In this document: in pieces, positions 38,249 through 50,000 of the stretch | How the letters are laid out: each line of letters opens with the position of its first letter | How positions within the stretch are numbered: the first letter of the stretch is position 1 | Origin: a virus | Length of the DNA stretch: 64,000 nucleotides | Strand: one strand, 5' to 3' | UHGV virus genome: UHGV-0279745 | Translations under genes and position numbers: made by a program | Notes under the pieces: generated by a model | Told to the model about the DNA's origin: nothing | Seen by the model: only the letters and a program-made list of their open reading frames with translations | Database searches by the model: none

Positions 38249-39279
38249 AACAGTATTTAGCGTTAATGCAAGACATTCTGGATAACGGTGTTGTCAAGAA
38301 AGACCGCACAGGTGTAGGGACACTATCTGTATTTGGTCGTCAACTACGTTTTGATCTGAAAGAAGGTTTCCCATTAGTTACTACGAAGAAGGTTCACCTG
38401 AAAAGTATCATTCATGAACTGTTGTGGTTCTTAAACGGTGACACTAACGTGAAGTACCTGCAAGAGAACGGGGTAAAAATCTGGAACGAATGGAGTGATG
38501 AAGAGGGGAACTTAGGGCCAGTTTATGGTAAACAATGGCGCGAATGGCGCGACTGTAAAGTTGTGGAGTGTCATGACGTAAGACGTACACAACAACTAAT
38601 GCAGCGGGGTTACAAGTATATTGGGAATATGAAGGAAGATGGTACGACGTATTTGGTTTATGAAAAACCACATGACCAGATCAGCAAAGTTATCCAACAA
38701 CTTCGTGAAGACCCTGACTCCCGCCGTATTATCGTTAGCGCCTGGAATGTAAGTGACCTGGACGACATGGCACTTAATCCGTGTCATAACTACTTCCAGT
38801 TCTACACTACAGAAATGACACTGCTTGAGCGACTGGATTGGTACGAAGCAAATGAACCGGAAAAATTTGCGAACGCGCCACTTATTAATCACGAAGATAT
38901 TGATGATGAAGAACGACTTCATGAAACTTTGGATCGTGAAGGTATCCCTCGTCGTAAGCTTTCATGTTTTTACATGATGCGCAGCAACGATGTCGCATTA
39001 GGAAAACCGTTCAACATCGCGTCATACGCTCTGTTAACTCATATAGTTGCCCAACAAGTGAATATGGTTCCCGATGAGTTAGTTTATAGTGGGGTCGATG
39101 TGCATTTATATCTGAACCACATCGATCAAATAAAACTCCAGTTGACTCGTGAGCCGTACCCGTTACCTAAATTGGTTATTAAACGTAAACCCGAATCTAT
39201 CTTCGACTACAAATACGAGGACTTTGAAGTAGTCGGTTACCAATCACACCCACACATCGCTATGCCTGTCGCGGTGTAA
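38245..39279 (+). CDS. thyA: thymidylate synthase (ThyA family) with two insertions
   Basis: Near-identical blocks to bacterial ThyA as I recall it ([71 protein letters not shown]); 344 aa versus about 264 for E. coli ThyA. Confidence 0.85.
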   Translation: MKQYLALMQDILDNGVVKKDRTGVGTLSVFGRQLRFDLKEGFPLVTTKKVHLKSIIHELLWFLNGDTNVKYLQENGVKIWNEWSDEEGNLGPVYGKQWREWRDCKVVECHDVRRTQQLMQRGYKYIGNMKEDGTTYLVYEKPHDQISKVIQQLREDPDSRRIIVSAWNVSDLDDMALNPCHNYFQFYTTEMTLLERLDWYEANEPEKFANAPLINHEDIDDEERLHETLDREGIPRRKLSCFYMMRSNDVALGKPFNIASYALLTHIVAQQVNMVPDELVYSGVDVHLYLNHIDQIKLQLTREPYPLPKLVIKRKPESIFDYKYEDFEVVGYQSHPHIAMPVAV

Positions 39280-39308
39280 ACTACCACTTAACTAAAAGGA
39301 ATGATGAA

Positions 39309-39755
39309 ATGTCTAAAACTCATGTTAACTATAACATCGTAGTAGAAGAATTATCAAAAGGTTTAACTGATCTGGATTCTAAAGATAATCCGTTTACCGA
39401 TCGTTATGGAGCCAAAGCTTTATCTGAGTTCCGTACTATCCGCTACGGTACAGGCAGACAGACAGGACTTACAGACTTTGCTGTCGAGTTAGCTAAGAAC
39501 CATAAAGGGAAGGTATTATTCGTTAATCCAAAAGGGTTCTTAGAAGACGATGTGCTGTTCCGTTTGGGTCTCGAAGACTTGCCGGAGAATATCACGCAAA
39601 TCATCGGTTACCAAATGGGTACAGAAAAAGAAAAATACAGCCTTGTTATTGTAGATAACGCTGGGGTTTTCTTTAGCATTTTCCGTTACATGAAGTTCTT
39701 TCGCTTACTGGCAAACTCAGTAACTAAAGACGTTGTAATCCATTTAATGGGTTAA
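39309..39755 (+). CDS. hypothetical protein
   Basis: ORF track; RBS aaaaggaatga. Confidence 0.55.
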   Translation: MSKTHVNYNIVVEELSKGLTDLDSKDNPFTDRYGAKALSEFRTIRYGTGRQTGLTDFAVELAKNHKGKVLFVNPKGFLEDDVLFRLGLEDLPENITQIIGYQMGTEKEKYSLVIVDNAGVFFSIFRYMKFFRLLANSVTKDVVIHLMG

Positions 39756-39776
39756 TTAATGATGAGGGAATTCTTT

Positions 39777-39926
39777 ATGACGAATGATGTCATTAAAGTT
39801 ACTATAAAGTATATCAATCTGAATAAGAGAATCCGTTGCAAAGTAAATCGTAAAGCTATCGCTAGTCGCTGGCGTAAAGGTCCACACAAGGGTCGTAAAC
39901 GCTTTCTGGCTTTTGGGGATGTCTGA
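39777..39926 (+). CDS. small basic protein (49 aa)
   Basis: ATG with GAGGG RBS; RWRKGPHKGRKRF motif; not in ORF track. Confidence 0.35.
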   Translation: MTNDVIKVTIKYINLNKRIRCKVNRKAIASRWRKGPHKGRKRFLAFGDV

Positions 39927-40288
39927 TGAAAAAACCACGATTTCACAGCCTGAGATTCTTTACAGGTGCTCTATATTTTGTTGGCTACAACCGTGTACGT
40001 AAGGGTCCTGGTAAATCGAAGATGCGCATCGTGCGATATAAAGAAACGCCACCAGGTCTAGCACCGATGGCGAAACTTCTGTCGCCGTTCGCTAACCTTA
40101 AAATCAAAACTGTTAACCCCTTTGTAAGAAATTTGGGAACTAAAATGTCTGAAGAAGTTAAAGTAGAAACCGTTAAAGAAACTGATGAATTTGCAATCCC
40201 TGGCTTAGACCCGGAAGCTACCGTAGAGAAGGGTGCTGACCCAACTACGGAAGACGATAACTGCTCAGGTGGGGCTTGCAAAATTTAA
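39926..40288 (+). CDS. hypothetical protein with basic N-terminus and acidic C-terminus
   Basis: ORF track; RVRKGPGKSKMRI motif similar to upstream small ORF. Confidence 0.45.
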   Translation: MKKPRFHSLRFFTGALYFVGYNRVRKGPGKSKMRIVRYKETPPGLAPMAKLLSPFANLKIKTVNPFVRNLGTKMSEEVKVETVKETDEFAIPGLDPEATVEKGADPTTEDDNCSGGACKI

Positions 40289-40294
40289 CAGTTC

Positions 40295-40338
40295 CTGGGG
40301 TGCTTATGTAGCACCCCTAATCCTTATTCTTTTTGTTT
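40295..40338 (+). terminator. intrinsic terminator
   Basis: ggggtgc/gcacccc hairpin plus T-rich tail. Confidence 0.6.
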
Positions 40339-40357
40339 AAACTAATGGAGTTTTAAA

Positions 40358-41191
40358 ATGGGCGAACGTTTTGACATCAACACTATTTACAACATCGTAG
40401 TTAATCCTGGTCAACACCTGGAAGAAGTTAACGCGCAACTGCGCGCTCTGAATGAGAATGCAGTACAGTTCGATGCTATTTACACAATTGGTGTAAACCC
40501 TGGCACCAACCGTATTCGTGTAGAAGGTAAACGCCACACCGGTAATCAAGAACTGGACATCGAAACAATTGTAGCGCCTATTAAGCTTACCGATGCTGTT
40601 TACAACGGCACGGTAATGCATACAGAATCTGTTCCGGTCTACTCTATTGAAAACTGTGTAGAACGTGTTAAAGGTTGGTCTAAAGAACGTGGTATTCTCG
40701 ATAACGGTAAACTGGAAACCCAAATCACGAAGTTCTTTGAAGAGTTAGGTGAAATTGCGGCGGGTATCAGTAAAAACAAACCTGAGTTGATCATGGATGG
40801 TATTGGTGATGCGTTGGTGGTTCTGGTAAACATCATCGAATTAGGGGATGCTTATTCTGGTCACCTTACAGTGGCAGAAGACTGCATCGAGTCTGGTCTA
40901 CGCTTAGGTGTGGAAGATGTAGCTGAAGTTGAAGAAAATTTAAACAACGCTGGATACCCACATCAACAATACCTTCACGCTATTGAAAGTTTTGCCACAA
41001 CCTTTATGGAAGGCAAAGATCATGGTTTCGATTTCGTTAGCCTGGGTTTAGCTCATCTTGCTCGTATCGCCTTGTATTACAAACTGGACATTCGTCATTG
41101 TTTCTCTTTGGCCTGGCACGAAATCAAAGACCGTAAAGGTTACCTGAACGCCGACGGTATCTTTGTAAAAGAAGCAGACCTGGCGAAATAA
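40358..41191 (+). CDS. MazG-like nucleoside triphosphate pyrophosphohydrolase domain protein
   Basis: C-terminal half shows EELGEIA ... DGIGDALVVL ... WHEIKDRKG pattern typical of MazG/all-alpha NTP-PPase. Confidence 0.55.
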   Translation: MGERFDINTIYNIVVNPGQHLEEVNAQLRALNENAVQFDAIYTIGVNPGTNRIRVEGKRHTGNQELDIETIVAPIKLTDAVYNGTVMHTESVPVYSIENCVERVKGWSKERGILDNGKLETQITKFFEELGEIAAGISKNKPELIMDGIGDALVVLVNIIELGDAYSGHLTVAEDCIESGLRLGVEDVAEVEENLNNAGYPHQQYLHAIESFATTFMEGKDHGFDFVSLGLAHLARIALYYKLDIRHCFSLAWHEIKDRKGYLNADGIFVKEADLAK

Positions 41192-41197
41192 ATAAAA

Positions 41198-41250
41198 GTA
41201 CCTACCTCCTTTCGGAGGTAGGTAGACTTTCTTATTTTTTTTTCTTTTTT
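41198..41250. terminator. bidirectional intrinsic terminator between convergent genes
   Basis: cctacctcc-tttc-ggaggtagg with long T-run downstream and A-run upstream. Confidence 0.7.
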
Positions 41251-41813
41251 TAAGCGCCTGGAACAATCCCAGAAGAGATATACGTCAAACCGTCAAGTTC
41301 AGTGACTTTAATCAACTTCGAAATATCCTTACCATCGGACGGCAGCTCCGTTAAGTACACCTCCAGCCGCCCTGTCCATGCCAAAGACGTCCCATTCATG
41401 GTAATGATGGTTTTATCTTTGCTGTCTGGTGCAGCTGTTGGGTTCTTAACTTCGTCGTCAGTAATCTGTAAATTGTACTTATTGCGGAAAAGCTGTAGTA
41501 CCTCAGATACCGTAGCCGCATTAACACCCGCAACAGAAACTACAAAATCACCTAAGAGGTGCTCTAAATCCAAACGACGATAAATAACGTCGATTTTACC
41601 AAACGTTTTCTGTTCAATAATTCCCTGGACGCTAAGTTGGGTATTTAATCGCGTAAATTGAGTTTCTGGTGTTTCTACCGCAGGAATATGTGACGGTGTA
41701 CCAAAATTCAACTTATCGATTGTAATACCTTTCTCTACCAAACCAGGATTCTTTTTTACTAATAACTCATAAACCAGTTGTTTTCCTGATTTACCTAATA
41801 GCGTATTAGCCAT
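41250..41813 (-). CDS. hypothetical protein (probable virion-module protein)
   Basis: ORF track; downstream of the giant gene in the same minus-strand block. Confidence 0.6.
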   Translation of the reverse strand: MANTLLGKSGKQLVYELLVKKNPGLVEKGITIDKLNFGTPSHIPAVETPETQFTRLNTQLSVQGIIEQKTFGKIDVIYRRLDLEHLLGDFVVSVAGVNAATVSEVLQLFRNKYNLQITDDEVKNPTAAPDSKDKTIITMNGTSLAWTGRLEVYLTELPSDGKDISKLIKVTELDGLTYISSGIVPGA

Positions 41814-41829
41814 TATTTCCTCTCAAACA

Positions 41830-44001
41830 TTAACGTGCTTGCGGCAAGAAGATGTTCGCGATCTGGCGTGCTGGAAGCACATCAAACGCAGAGTTAATAA
41901 AACTGCCCTGTGACCACGCAGATGCCCAGTTCTGCGCCCAAATGCTTCCTTGGATCTTGGCACGCTCTATACCGTTCGTACGTTCGTACAACGTCGCTGC
42001 GCCCAAACACGCCATAAACTCACTGAATTTATTATCGTCGTCCCAAACACCTGTGTCTGTAACGATGGGCATATACATCACACGGGACAAATCACGGATG
42101 GTAACATTGATATCACAAGACAGTGGAACAGAATCACCTGGTCGCCAACCTAAACCACCCACACCGAATTGTAAAGACAAAGACGTTACGATAGCGTTAC
42201 GGAACGAGAATCGACCTTGTGAGTAACACTCCAGATAAAACGGATGAGTGAATGATTGCTTACCCGTCGCAATTGGACATACTGCGGCGATCCAGAAGGA
42301 CAGTGGGACTAGAATTTCCTGGAAGATATCCAGGTCACTTCCCGACCATGCACGTAAAGGTATTGTCAAGTTAATATCATCGCCCGAGGCATCTGAACTG
42401 TCCCACACCTCTGGGAAGTCAATGACGGATGAATTATATAACGACATAATCCCCGTTAGATGCAACGTATCTGCTAACCCACGCATTACGGACTTAAAGC
42501 CCGTAATTAATGAATCGACCGCGTTGAAGCCGGTTTGCCCGCCGGACAAGTTTACTTCAAGTTGACGAGCTTTCGCCGTCATTGAGTTAACTGTGCTAGA
42601 GATCTCCGGCTCTTTTGTAGAATTAGAGAACGAACGAGAGACGGTGTCCTTCCCATCGATTCTCCAGGTTACCCACTGAGAACCGTTGTAGATTTCGGAC
42701 AGCGCCTGTGCTTTAATCCCTTCAATCTGTTCGCCAACCACTTTAACAAAGTCGCCGAAGAACGTCTCCATAGTCGATTCTTTACCTTTATCCGCCCAGG
42801 ACTGTATCGTATTCTGTTGTCCCTCGGTGAGGTTACTCGCATCGGCATTTTCCAAATCCTCATTCATTTTGTTTTGGATTTCTGCCGCCTGCGCCTCTAG
42901 GTCGCTTGCCGTTCCCCCAGTTTGTAACCCGGAACTAAACGCATCGAGAACCCCTTTCTCCAGTTCATCAACGCTGTTAATATCTTTACCCGACGCGTCT
43001 TTCGCCGCATAACCACCGCGTTCGGAAGCGGCTAACCGTTCCATGTCTTGCAAAGAAACTTCGTAATTTCTCACATCGTCAGAATACGAAGCTGCACCAT
43101 ACGTGCTATCCAGATAGAAATTTCGTATCCGCTCGGCGAGTTCGTCGTCACTTGAGGACTGCTTACGAAGCTCTTTTAAACGTTGATTCTGATAGTTCGC
43201 CAAAGTTTGATAACGGTTGATCATCTTAAAGACATCGAATTCACCGCCCTTTTTCCAAACCTCCGGTAACGCTTCAAAAGCCTCATCGCGTGCTTTTTTG
43301 TTCCCTTTTCCATCTCCGTCTTGACTGACCTGGAAGGTACCTAAGATACCCGTAGGAACCAAACGACGATAAACAAGTTGCGTATTCAAGATGTTCTGTA
43401 CAGCACGCAAATACAGATGCATCGTCGGTTTAACGTAATAATAACGCGACGTTTCTTTATTCAACGCTGCCGCGAGAATGCGTGGAGTAATTAAAATTAC
43501 CGCAAAAGCGACAGTACCCACCGTTGCCCATATCGCTGCCGCGCCGATATAACTTGCTATCGTACGGATCATTCCCGGATAGTCACCCGTACGCGCTAAA
43601 TATGCTAAGTTGGAATCGTACATATTCGCAAAGAACGCGGCCATGCCCAGATATTTCGGCTTTCCGAAACGGCAATGTACGTAAAACGAATTTTGGTTAA
43701 TACTTTCGTAATAATACGTCCCTAAGCGATAAGAAGCGGTTGGCATACCGTTAGCCAACGCCTTTTTCTCCGCCTCACGATTACCGGGTCGTGCAAATGC
43801 CCCAGTTGATGGGGGGTCTGCAAACCACGTAAACTGCGGAGGGCTATTAATCGCTTTACTACCGCCCATGGTCGTATCTTCAAAAGACATCATACCGTTA
43901 GAGTAGCGTCGCAAGGCCAGAAAACGTTCATCTCGGCCTTCCAACTCTCCCTTAAATAGATTTCTGACCCAGCTTGAGTCGTTAGCTGATCTAGCGTCCA
44001 C
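41830..44001 (-). CDS. hypothetical large protein (probable virion protein)
   Basis: ORF track; GTG start with AGAGG RBS; 723 aa. Confidence 0.65.
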   Translation of the reverse strand: MDARSANDSSWVRNLFKGELEGRDERFLALRRYSNGMMSFEDTTMGGSKAINSPPQFTWFADPPSTGAFARPGNREAEKKALANGMPTASYRLGTYYYESINQNSFYVHCRFGKPKYLGMAAFFANMYDSNLAYLARTGDYPGMIRTIASYIGAAAIWATVGTVAFAVILITPRILAAALNKETSRYYYVKPTMHLYLRAVQNILNTQLVYRRLVPTGILGTFQVSQDGDGKGNKKARDEAFEALPEVWKKGGEFDVFKMINRYQTLANYQNQRLKELRKQSSSDDELAERIRNFYLDSTYGAASYSDDVRNYEVSLQDMERLAASERGGYAAKDASGKDINSVDELEKGVLDAFSSGLQTGGTASDLEAQAAEIQNKMNEDLENADASNLTEGQQNTIQSWADKGKESTMETFFGDFVKVVGEQIEGIKAQALSEIYNGSQWVTWRIDGKDTVSRSFSNSTKEPEISSTVNSMTAKARQLEVNLSGGQTGFNAVDSLITGFKSVMRGLADTLHLTGIMSLYNSSVIDFPEVWDSSDASGDDINLTIPLRAWSGSDLDIFQEILVPLSFWIAAVCPIATGKQSFTHPFYLECYSQGRFSFRNAIVTSLSLQFGVGGLGWRPGDSVPLSCDINVTIRDLSRVMYMPIVTDTGVWDDDNKFSEFMACLGAATLYERTNGIERAKIQGSIWAQNWASAWSQGSFINSAFDVLPARQIANIFLPQAR

Positions 44002-44007
44002 GTTTTA

Positions 44008-44040
44008 CCTCTAAAAAAACGGGGGTAGTTTCCTACCCCC
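44008..44040 (-). terminator. putative intra-operon terminator/attenuator on minus strand
   Basis: On the minus strand: gggggtag/ctaccccc hairpin followed by T7, located between the giant gene and the 723-aa gene. Confidence 0.45.
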
Positions 44041-44049
44041 CTGTTGTTA

Positions 44050-47000
44050 TTACGCCGATTTACGACTAACGTCGAGTTGTGGCGCTGGTTGGGTTATTGA
44101 CACGTTACGTGACGCCGAACCCGGAGCGGTTGACGCAGGGTTAGCCGGTCCGTTTTGCATAGCCTGTGGTCGCTGACGAAGAATTGTTACAATCTCTTTC
44201 AGGTAGCCCGCAGACTCTTTTGCAACCGCCAGCTGCTGTACGCTGATCGGATCACCGCTGTTCACTGTAGAGCCGGTCTGTGCATCGGAAGTTACTGTTG
44301 GTGCAGGGCGGACTGATTTCTCCATCTGCTGTCTAGCACCTTCTTTTACTTTAGCAACATCCTCTTCGGCCAGGCCGTCAGCACGAGCATTTTGACCCAC
44401 CGTATCTACAACAACTGACGCATCACTCGGTGTCACGTCGCCGCCGGGGCTCGGCACCGCCGGACCACCGCCCGTCGCAGCTTTAATGTCATCGGCCCCC
44501 ATTGCACCTTTATCTGCTAAGGCTGTGTCACGATTCGCCTCGTTCGCAGCTGGCAGGTTATCTGCCGGGCCTGTGATGGACGGATCGTTAGCAGCGCCCG
44601 CAGCGATGGCTGGGGATGACGGCATTGGCGTTACGCCAGTCGTCAAGTCTTTCACCGATGCCTGATTGCCCGCAATTGCGTTTGTTCCTACTGCACCAAT
44701 CTTACCACCCATGATGCTGAGCACTTCATCCAAACTACGCAATTTTCCATTCTTGTAGAAAATTGTGCTGTTTGCCGCGATTTGATCGGCCGATGCACCA
44801 CGCGATGACGGACCGTTCGGATCACGCTTCCATTCTTGCAGGAATTTCTTACCGCCACCTTGTCCTAAGAAGTGGTAGAGGTAAACTGCCGCACCGGGAG
44901 GATCGATGCCACCTAAATCCTTTCTGGCTTTCTCGATATTGTCACGAATATGGCGGACACCAAGCAGGGCATTCGCCCACGGGTCATACTGGTCGGTTTG
45001 CGGGATACCGTAACGTCTAGCGTAAGCTTTCATCTGCTCACTCCAGGTACCGTTGATGAACTGGAACAAGCCAGCTGCAGAACTTCCTTTAGCTTTGATG
45101 CCGTATCTAAGTCCTGATTCTGCTTGTGCCATTCCCAGCGCTAACGCTGGAGGAACACCCATCATCTTCGCTACGTCTATAATCAGTGCTGCGACCGCAT
45201 TCAGGTTAGGCTTCAATCCGTCACCCAACGTTGAAATTGGATACTTAGCCGCTAACGTTTTATAATCACCGTCTTGCATCTCGCCAAGCTTCACACCGAA
45301 GTTACCGGTACTAAACGCGGCGTAATTCTTAGCCCCCATCTGACCATAAGCACCAGCCAAATCGTTTGGCGTGCCGTAATTACCACCGTCATTCGCTGCC
45401 GGTTGAAGCAGATCGCGATAAGAGGAGGAAGTATTCATCTGTTGCCGAGGTGGTTGGTCCTTCTCGTCATCGGTCAAGAACATCTGAGTCGCACGATCTT
45501 TTCGCTGCCAGTTCACACGGAAACCAGCAGAAGGCGTAGCACGCAGCGTTTTACGTACTGCCAAATCAGCTTCCTTAGACAGTTCTTTCAGGTTCTCTAA
45601 CTCCGTTGCAACTGAACCAGCGTCAGTGTTAGCATCACCCCCTAACGGGTTAAACGGTACCTCCCACACCGATTGGCGAATACCCCCTTTCAGGTTGTAC
45701 GCACCACGCATCATCAGTGCGATTTCATACAAGAACCCGCCTGTAACGCGTAGGTCCATCGGATCGGCAGCAGGGACATAACGTTTCACCCCAACCACGT
45801 ACGTCATGAAGACAGGTAAGAAGCGGTTATAGAACCAGTTCTTGTACCGATCTTCTTTTGGTCCACCAATAGCGTCAGGTGCAATCACTGCAATCGCACG
45901 TTTCCAGTCTCCTTTATACGTACAACTTTTCACATCAGTGTCTTGCAACACTTGACGTTCTAGGAGCGTATAGAGGTTACGGGTTGTTTGAGTAATGCTC
46001 ACCGCACCATAAGCTTTCAACCTTACAGATTCCAAATCACGGAGATCGGTTTCTTTAGGTAAGCTTCTCCAGTCAACTTGAACCTGAACTTGTTCGGTGC
46101 CGTCTTCCCAACCTTCAACCTTTGCAACCTCTTTGTTGCGTTCCGCATCCGCTTGAGCCAACGCTTGGGTCGATTCCGCCACAGAAGCAACTTTGTGTCC
46201 TTCGGCCACGCTGCCCGTAGCATTTACATCCTTACGTTTTTCATCACGACGCATGTTAATCGAACGAAGCACGCGTTCTTGTGCTTCAACGACTTCTTCA
46301 CCTGACAAAAACTCGGCCGGGGTAAACGTTACGAAATCCCACGCTTTAGAGAACCAACCTTGGTTAACCTTGCGGGGGTCTTCTAATGCACGGAATGCAG
46401 GTGCGTCTTTCGACATCTTCATTTTGTTAAAGATGTTCAACATGTCTGCTTTCGACACTTTCGCTGGATTACCGACGTCTGCTAACGCGATATCGTTATC
46501 CATCGATTTCAGTGCCGTAATCCAACGTAAGTAAATAGGCACAAAACGTTGTAGCATAAACGCACTAAACGCCAGCATTTCGCCTTTGTCTTCTACGTTA
46601 GTACCAAACCCTTCGGCCAGTTTCTTCACATCGTCACCAGACAAACCACGCAGCTGCGCTTGACCGTTCTCTGTATAAGAGATATACGGTTTCAAGTTGT
46701 CTTCTAAATAACGTGCTTTTGCACCGTCGTCGGAAGACCATTCATCATGGTCTCTAAAACCGTACTGCGCCAATCGCATGTTATCTAGGTACTGGGCATT
46801 TACACGATCTTTAGTTTTATAATAAAACCACGTTAACCCTGCGCCAGCGGCTACCAAACCGATAATCGGCCAGCCAACCGCAGTTACCACTGCAGATGCA
46901 GCTGTCGCGACAGCACTCACCGCAGGGACAGCCAAACGGGTCACGGCAAACTTACCAACGTTCCACAACGCTTTGCCTGCAAATCCGACCGGCTTGAAGA

Positions 47001-50000
47001 TTCCCCATTTTGCAAGTTTACCTAAGATTGAACCCACTGTGCCTAAAATACTCACGATTGGTCCTACCAACGGCAATCCTTTAAGGAAATCCATTACCCC
47101 ACGTTTACCACCTTTCTTCTCAGCCTCTTTCTTAGCCTTTTCCTCTTCCTTAGAACGCCGACGGCGTCGGAAGAACTGGAAGTAATCGCGTTTTTCATCA
47201 CTGGCAGGCGGCTTATTGCGTTGGCCGAACTTACTGAACATAGTTCTTAACAAACCTTCCGAAGCACCTGCTTTTTCCGCAGAATCACGCATGGTGTTAA
47301 ACCATGACATTTCCTGAAGATTAACCATTCGGTTCAGGCGTTCCAGTAAAGCTGACCCAACGCTACGGGCTTTCTGTTTCCCTTTATTAATCACACGTCC
47401 AGCGCTATCCGTTACGGTGTCTAAGTCTTCTTTTGCCGCATCGATGATACGTGTTTTAGACACCTTGCCTCTTGCGTAGATGTGCTGACGATAAAACTCA
47501 GCAACATCGTCATCGCGTCCTGCTAAACGACTCTCCATTCGATAACGTGTGCCGATATCGTAACGTGGGTCTCGGAAAGTATCGACCATATCGCTTGCAC
47601 GGCCACGGAAACGATCAAACCAACCACGTGCGGCACCGCCCCAACGAGAAAGACGACCACCTACCGCACTGCGATAACGGGACATTCTGTCACGCATCCG
47701 ACCACGCCAATCCCGGAACCCCTGAAAATGTTCACGGAACCCATCACGTATGTCTTTAGCACGTTGGAATAATCCTTTAACTGAGCTGGCTCCCGTATTC
47801 CGTTCCATCTGTTCTGTCCAGGTATCATCTTCTGGTTCACCTGGCAATCTCCGGTTAAGGAGTTTGTAGATACGGATTAAGATGTGGTTAGTTTTACGGC
47901 CGTTCGACCATGAGAACACACTAAACCCACCACCAGAACCCCCTTCCTTACGGTTCTGCCACCAACGTGTCAGAGGGTTATCAGAAGCCAACTCTTTGAG
48001 CTTCTCAAATCCGCGTTTTGCATTGTTCCACAAACGTGCTGGCATTCCCGTTACACGGGAAATCATGCTTTGTAAACGGGTTTTCTCTGCACCCTCTGGA
48101 ACCTCATTTAACCACTCGCGTGCTTTCTCGAACAACGAAGCCGCTTTAGGCGAAATGAAACCCAGAAGTTTCTTCGGTAAAGTCACAGCTTTGTTTACCG
48201 CCGTTCCTGCTTTCCCAGAAATGTACTGGAAAAGCGCTTGAACTTTACCACCTTTGTAGAAACGCAGTTTACCTGCGGCAGCCAAATCAGCAGCAGCTAA
48301 GATTAAATTACCCGCTTCATCGACGATGTCACGTCCCAGTTTAATATCGTCGAGAGTTTTAAGTTGAATCAGCTTCTCAGTTTTCGGGTCAGCCTGGTAA
48401 TATTCCCCAGCTTCTAAACGACTTCCTTGTAATACGACGTTGCCACGTTCATCGTAGATGTCGCGAACGCCTAAAACACCTTTACCGAAAGCTACGGCAG
48501 AATTCCAACCCGTCGATAATGTACCGGTTACTAACCCTTTCAGTCGGCTAAATACGCCGGGACCTTCGGAGGAACCGCCTGAGAATTTCCCACGAATAAA
48601 ACCACCTAATGCTTGTAGGCGATCTTTCCCACGTAGGAACAGATTCTTACCAAACCGTCCTACACCAGAACCGGTATCCCAAAGCACTCCAGCCCAGCGA
48701 CGTAACAAACCTGTCTCGCCTAGTACAATACGTTTGCGCTTACGACGACGTTTACGGCCCGATTCACTCGAACTTTCAGGTTCGTCGCCGTCATCACGAC
48801 TACCGCCTAAACTGGCTAGAAGAATACCTTCCTCATCCATGTTCTTAACGTGTTTGAGGATATCTTGCACGGTGCTAGATTCAGGCTGTTTACGTACGGC
48901 ATCAATCAATCGATCGAACTGTTGTTCCAGCCCGGCGTTCGTATCTGGACGGCTGCTTAAGAGCTCAACAAAGTTGGTAGATTTCTCTCCATAAAGTACC
49001 GCAGCGAGTTGACGGGCGCTTAAACCACGACCGCGACCACCTTTTCCACCACCACGTACGTTGGACAGTTCTTTGTCTTCAAAGCTCGGCTCTGCTCCTG
49101 CACCCATCCGACGCAAGTAATCACCCAACGCAGAACCATTTTGCAGCTTACGTTGAATCTCTTGCTCACGGGTTAACGAACGGCCAGAACGGGTCTTACC
49201 CATCGACAGGTCGTTAAATAGCGTATAGGGATCGTTAATGTCCTTATCGACTTCGAAAATGTCGTTCTTCGCATCGTATTTAAAAATACCGGAATCGCGA
49301 AGTGCGTTCTCGCCGTAAATCACAGACGCAGCATCAACCGTGTCTTGACGTGCACGAATCGTTGACTGAATAGCGGCTATTTTGTTTGAAATCGCATTAC
49401 TCAGTTCATGGTGACCGCCAACCAGTTCCGCAGAACGGGCTTCTAAAACACCCTGAATCGCTTCCACAGCGTTTGCGTTCATGTAACGATACATGTGCAT
49501 CGGGTCTTTCAATAAAGACCCTACATCGAACGCTTTCCCTTCCGAGGCACGAGACTCGATGTAGTCCGCTAACGCCTGACGTGTTTTCCTATCGAGCGTT
49601 TTATCTTTATCGATAAAGTCGACAGTGTCGTTGATGTACGTCTGTAAACGTTTGCGCTGATCGTCATTAGCAACGGCCTTACGTACACGATTACCAATAA
49701 CTTTGCGATCAACCATACCGCGCGTGGTCAGGTCGTATACCTGATCGTGGTGTTCGCCATACCCACGACGAATAGATTTGTTAATCTCGGACAGTAACGT
49801 CGGAATAACTTCGGTGATACTAAGGTAAGCTTTACGATCGAATTTCGCTGCGGCAGAAAGAGATTCCGCAGAGCGATCGTCTAATGCTAAGGTTTCGCGA
49901 CGTAGCGGGTTAACTAGCCCCAATTCGTGCATTAGTCGAAACAGATCAGCTAACGGACCGCTTGTTTCTCCCGCTATTGCCGAGTTAGAAATAGACGACA

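Noticed and set aside
38245-39279. Possibility that the ThyA insertions represent an intron or intein
   Set aside because: The reading frame is continuous, the inserts are short (about 30 and 45 aa) and lack intein or homing-endonuclease motifs; a protein-level insertion is more likely.
45274-48994. Several 60-180-aa plus-strand ORFs inside the giant gene
   Set aside because: All are antisense to a continuous 7.1-kb ORF and have biased Pro/Arg/Ser-rich translations typical of reverse-strand artefacts.
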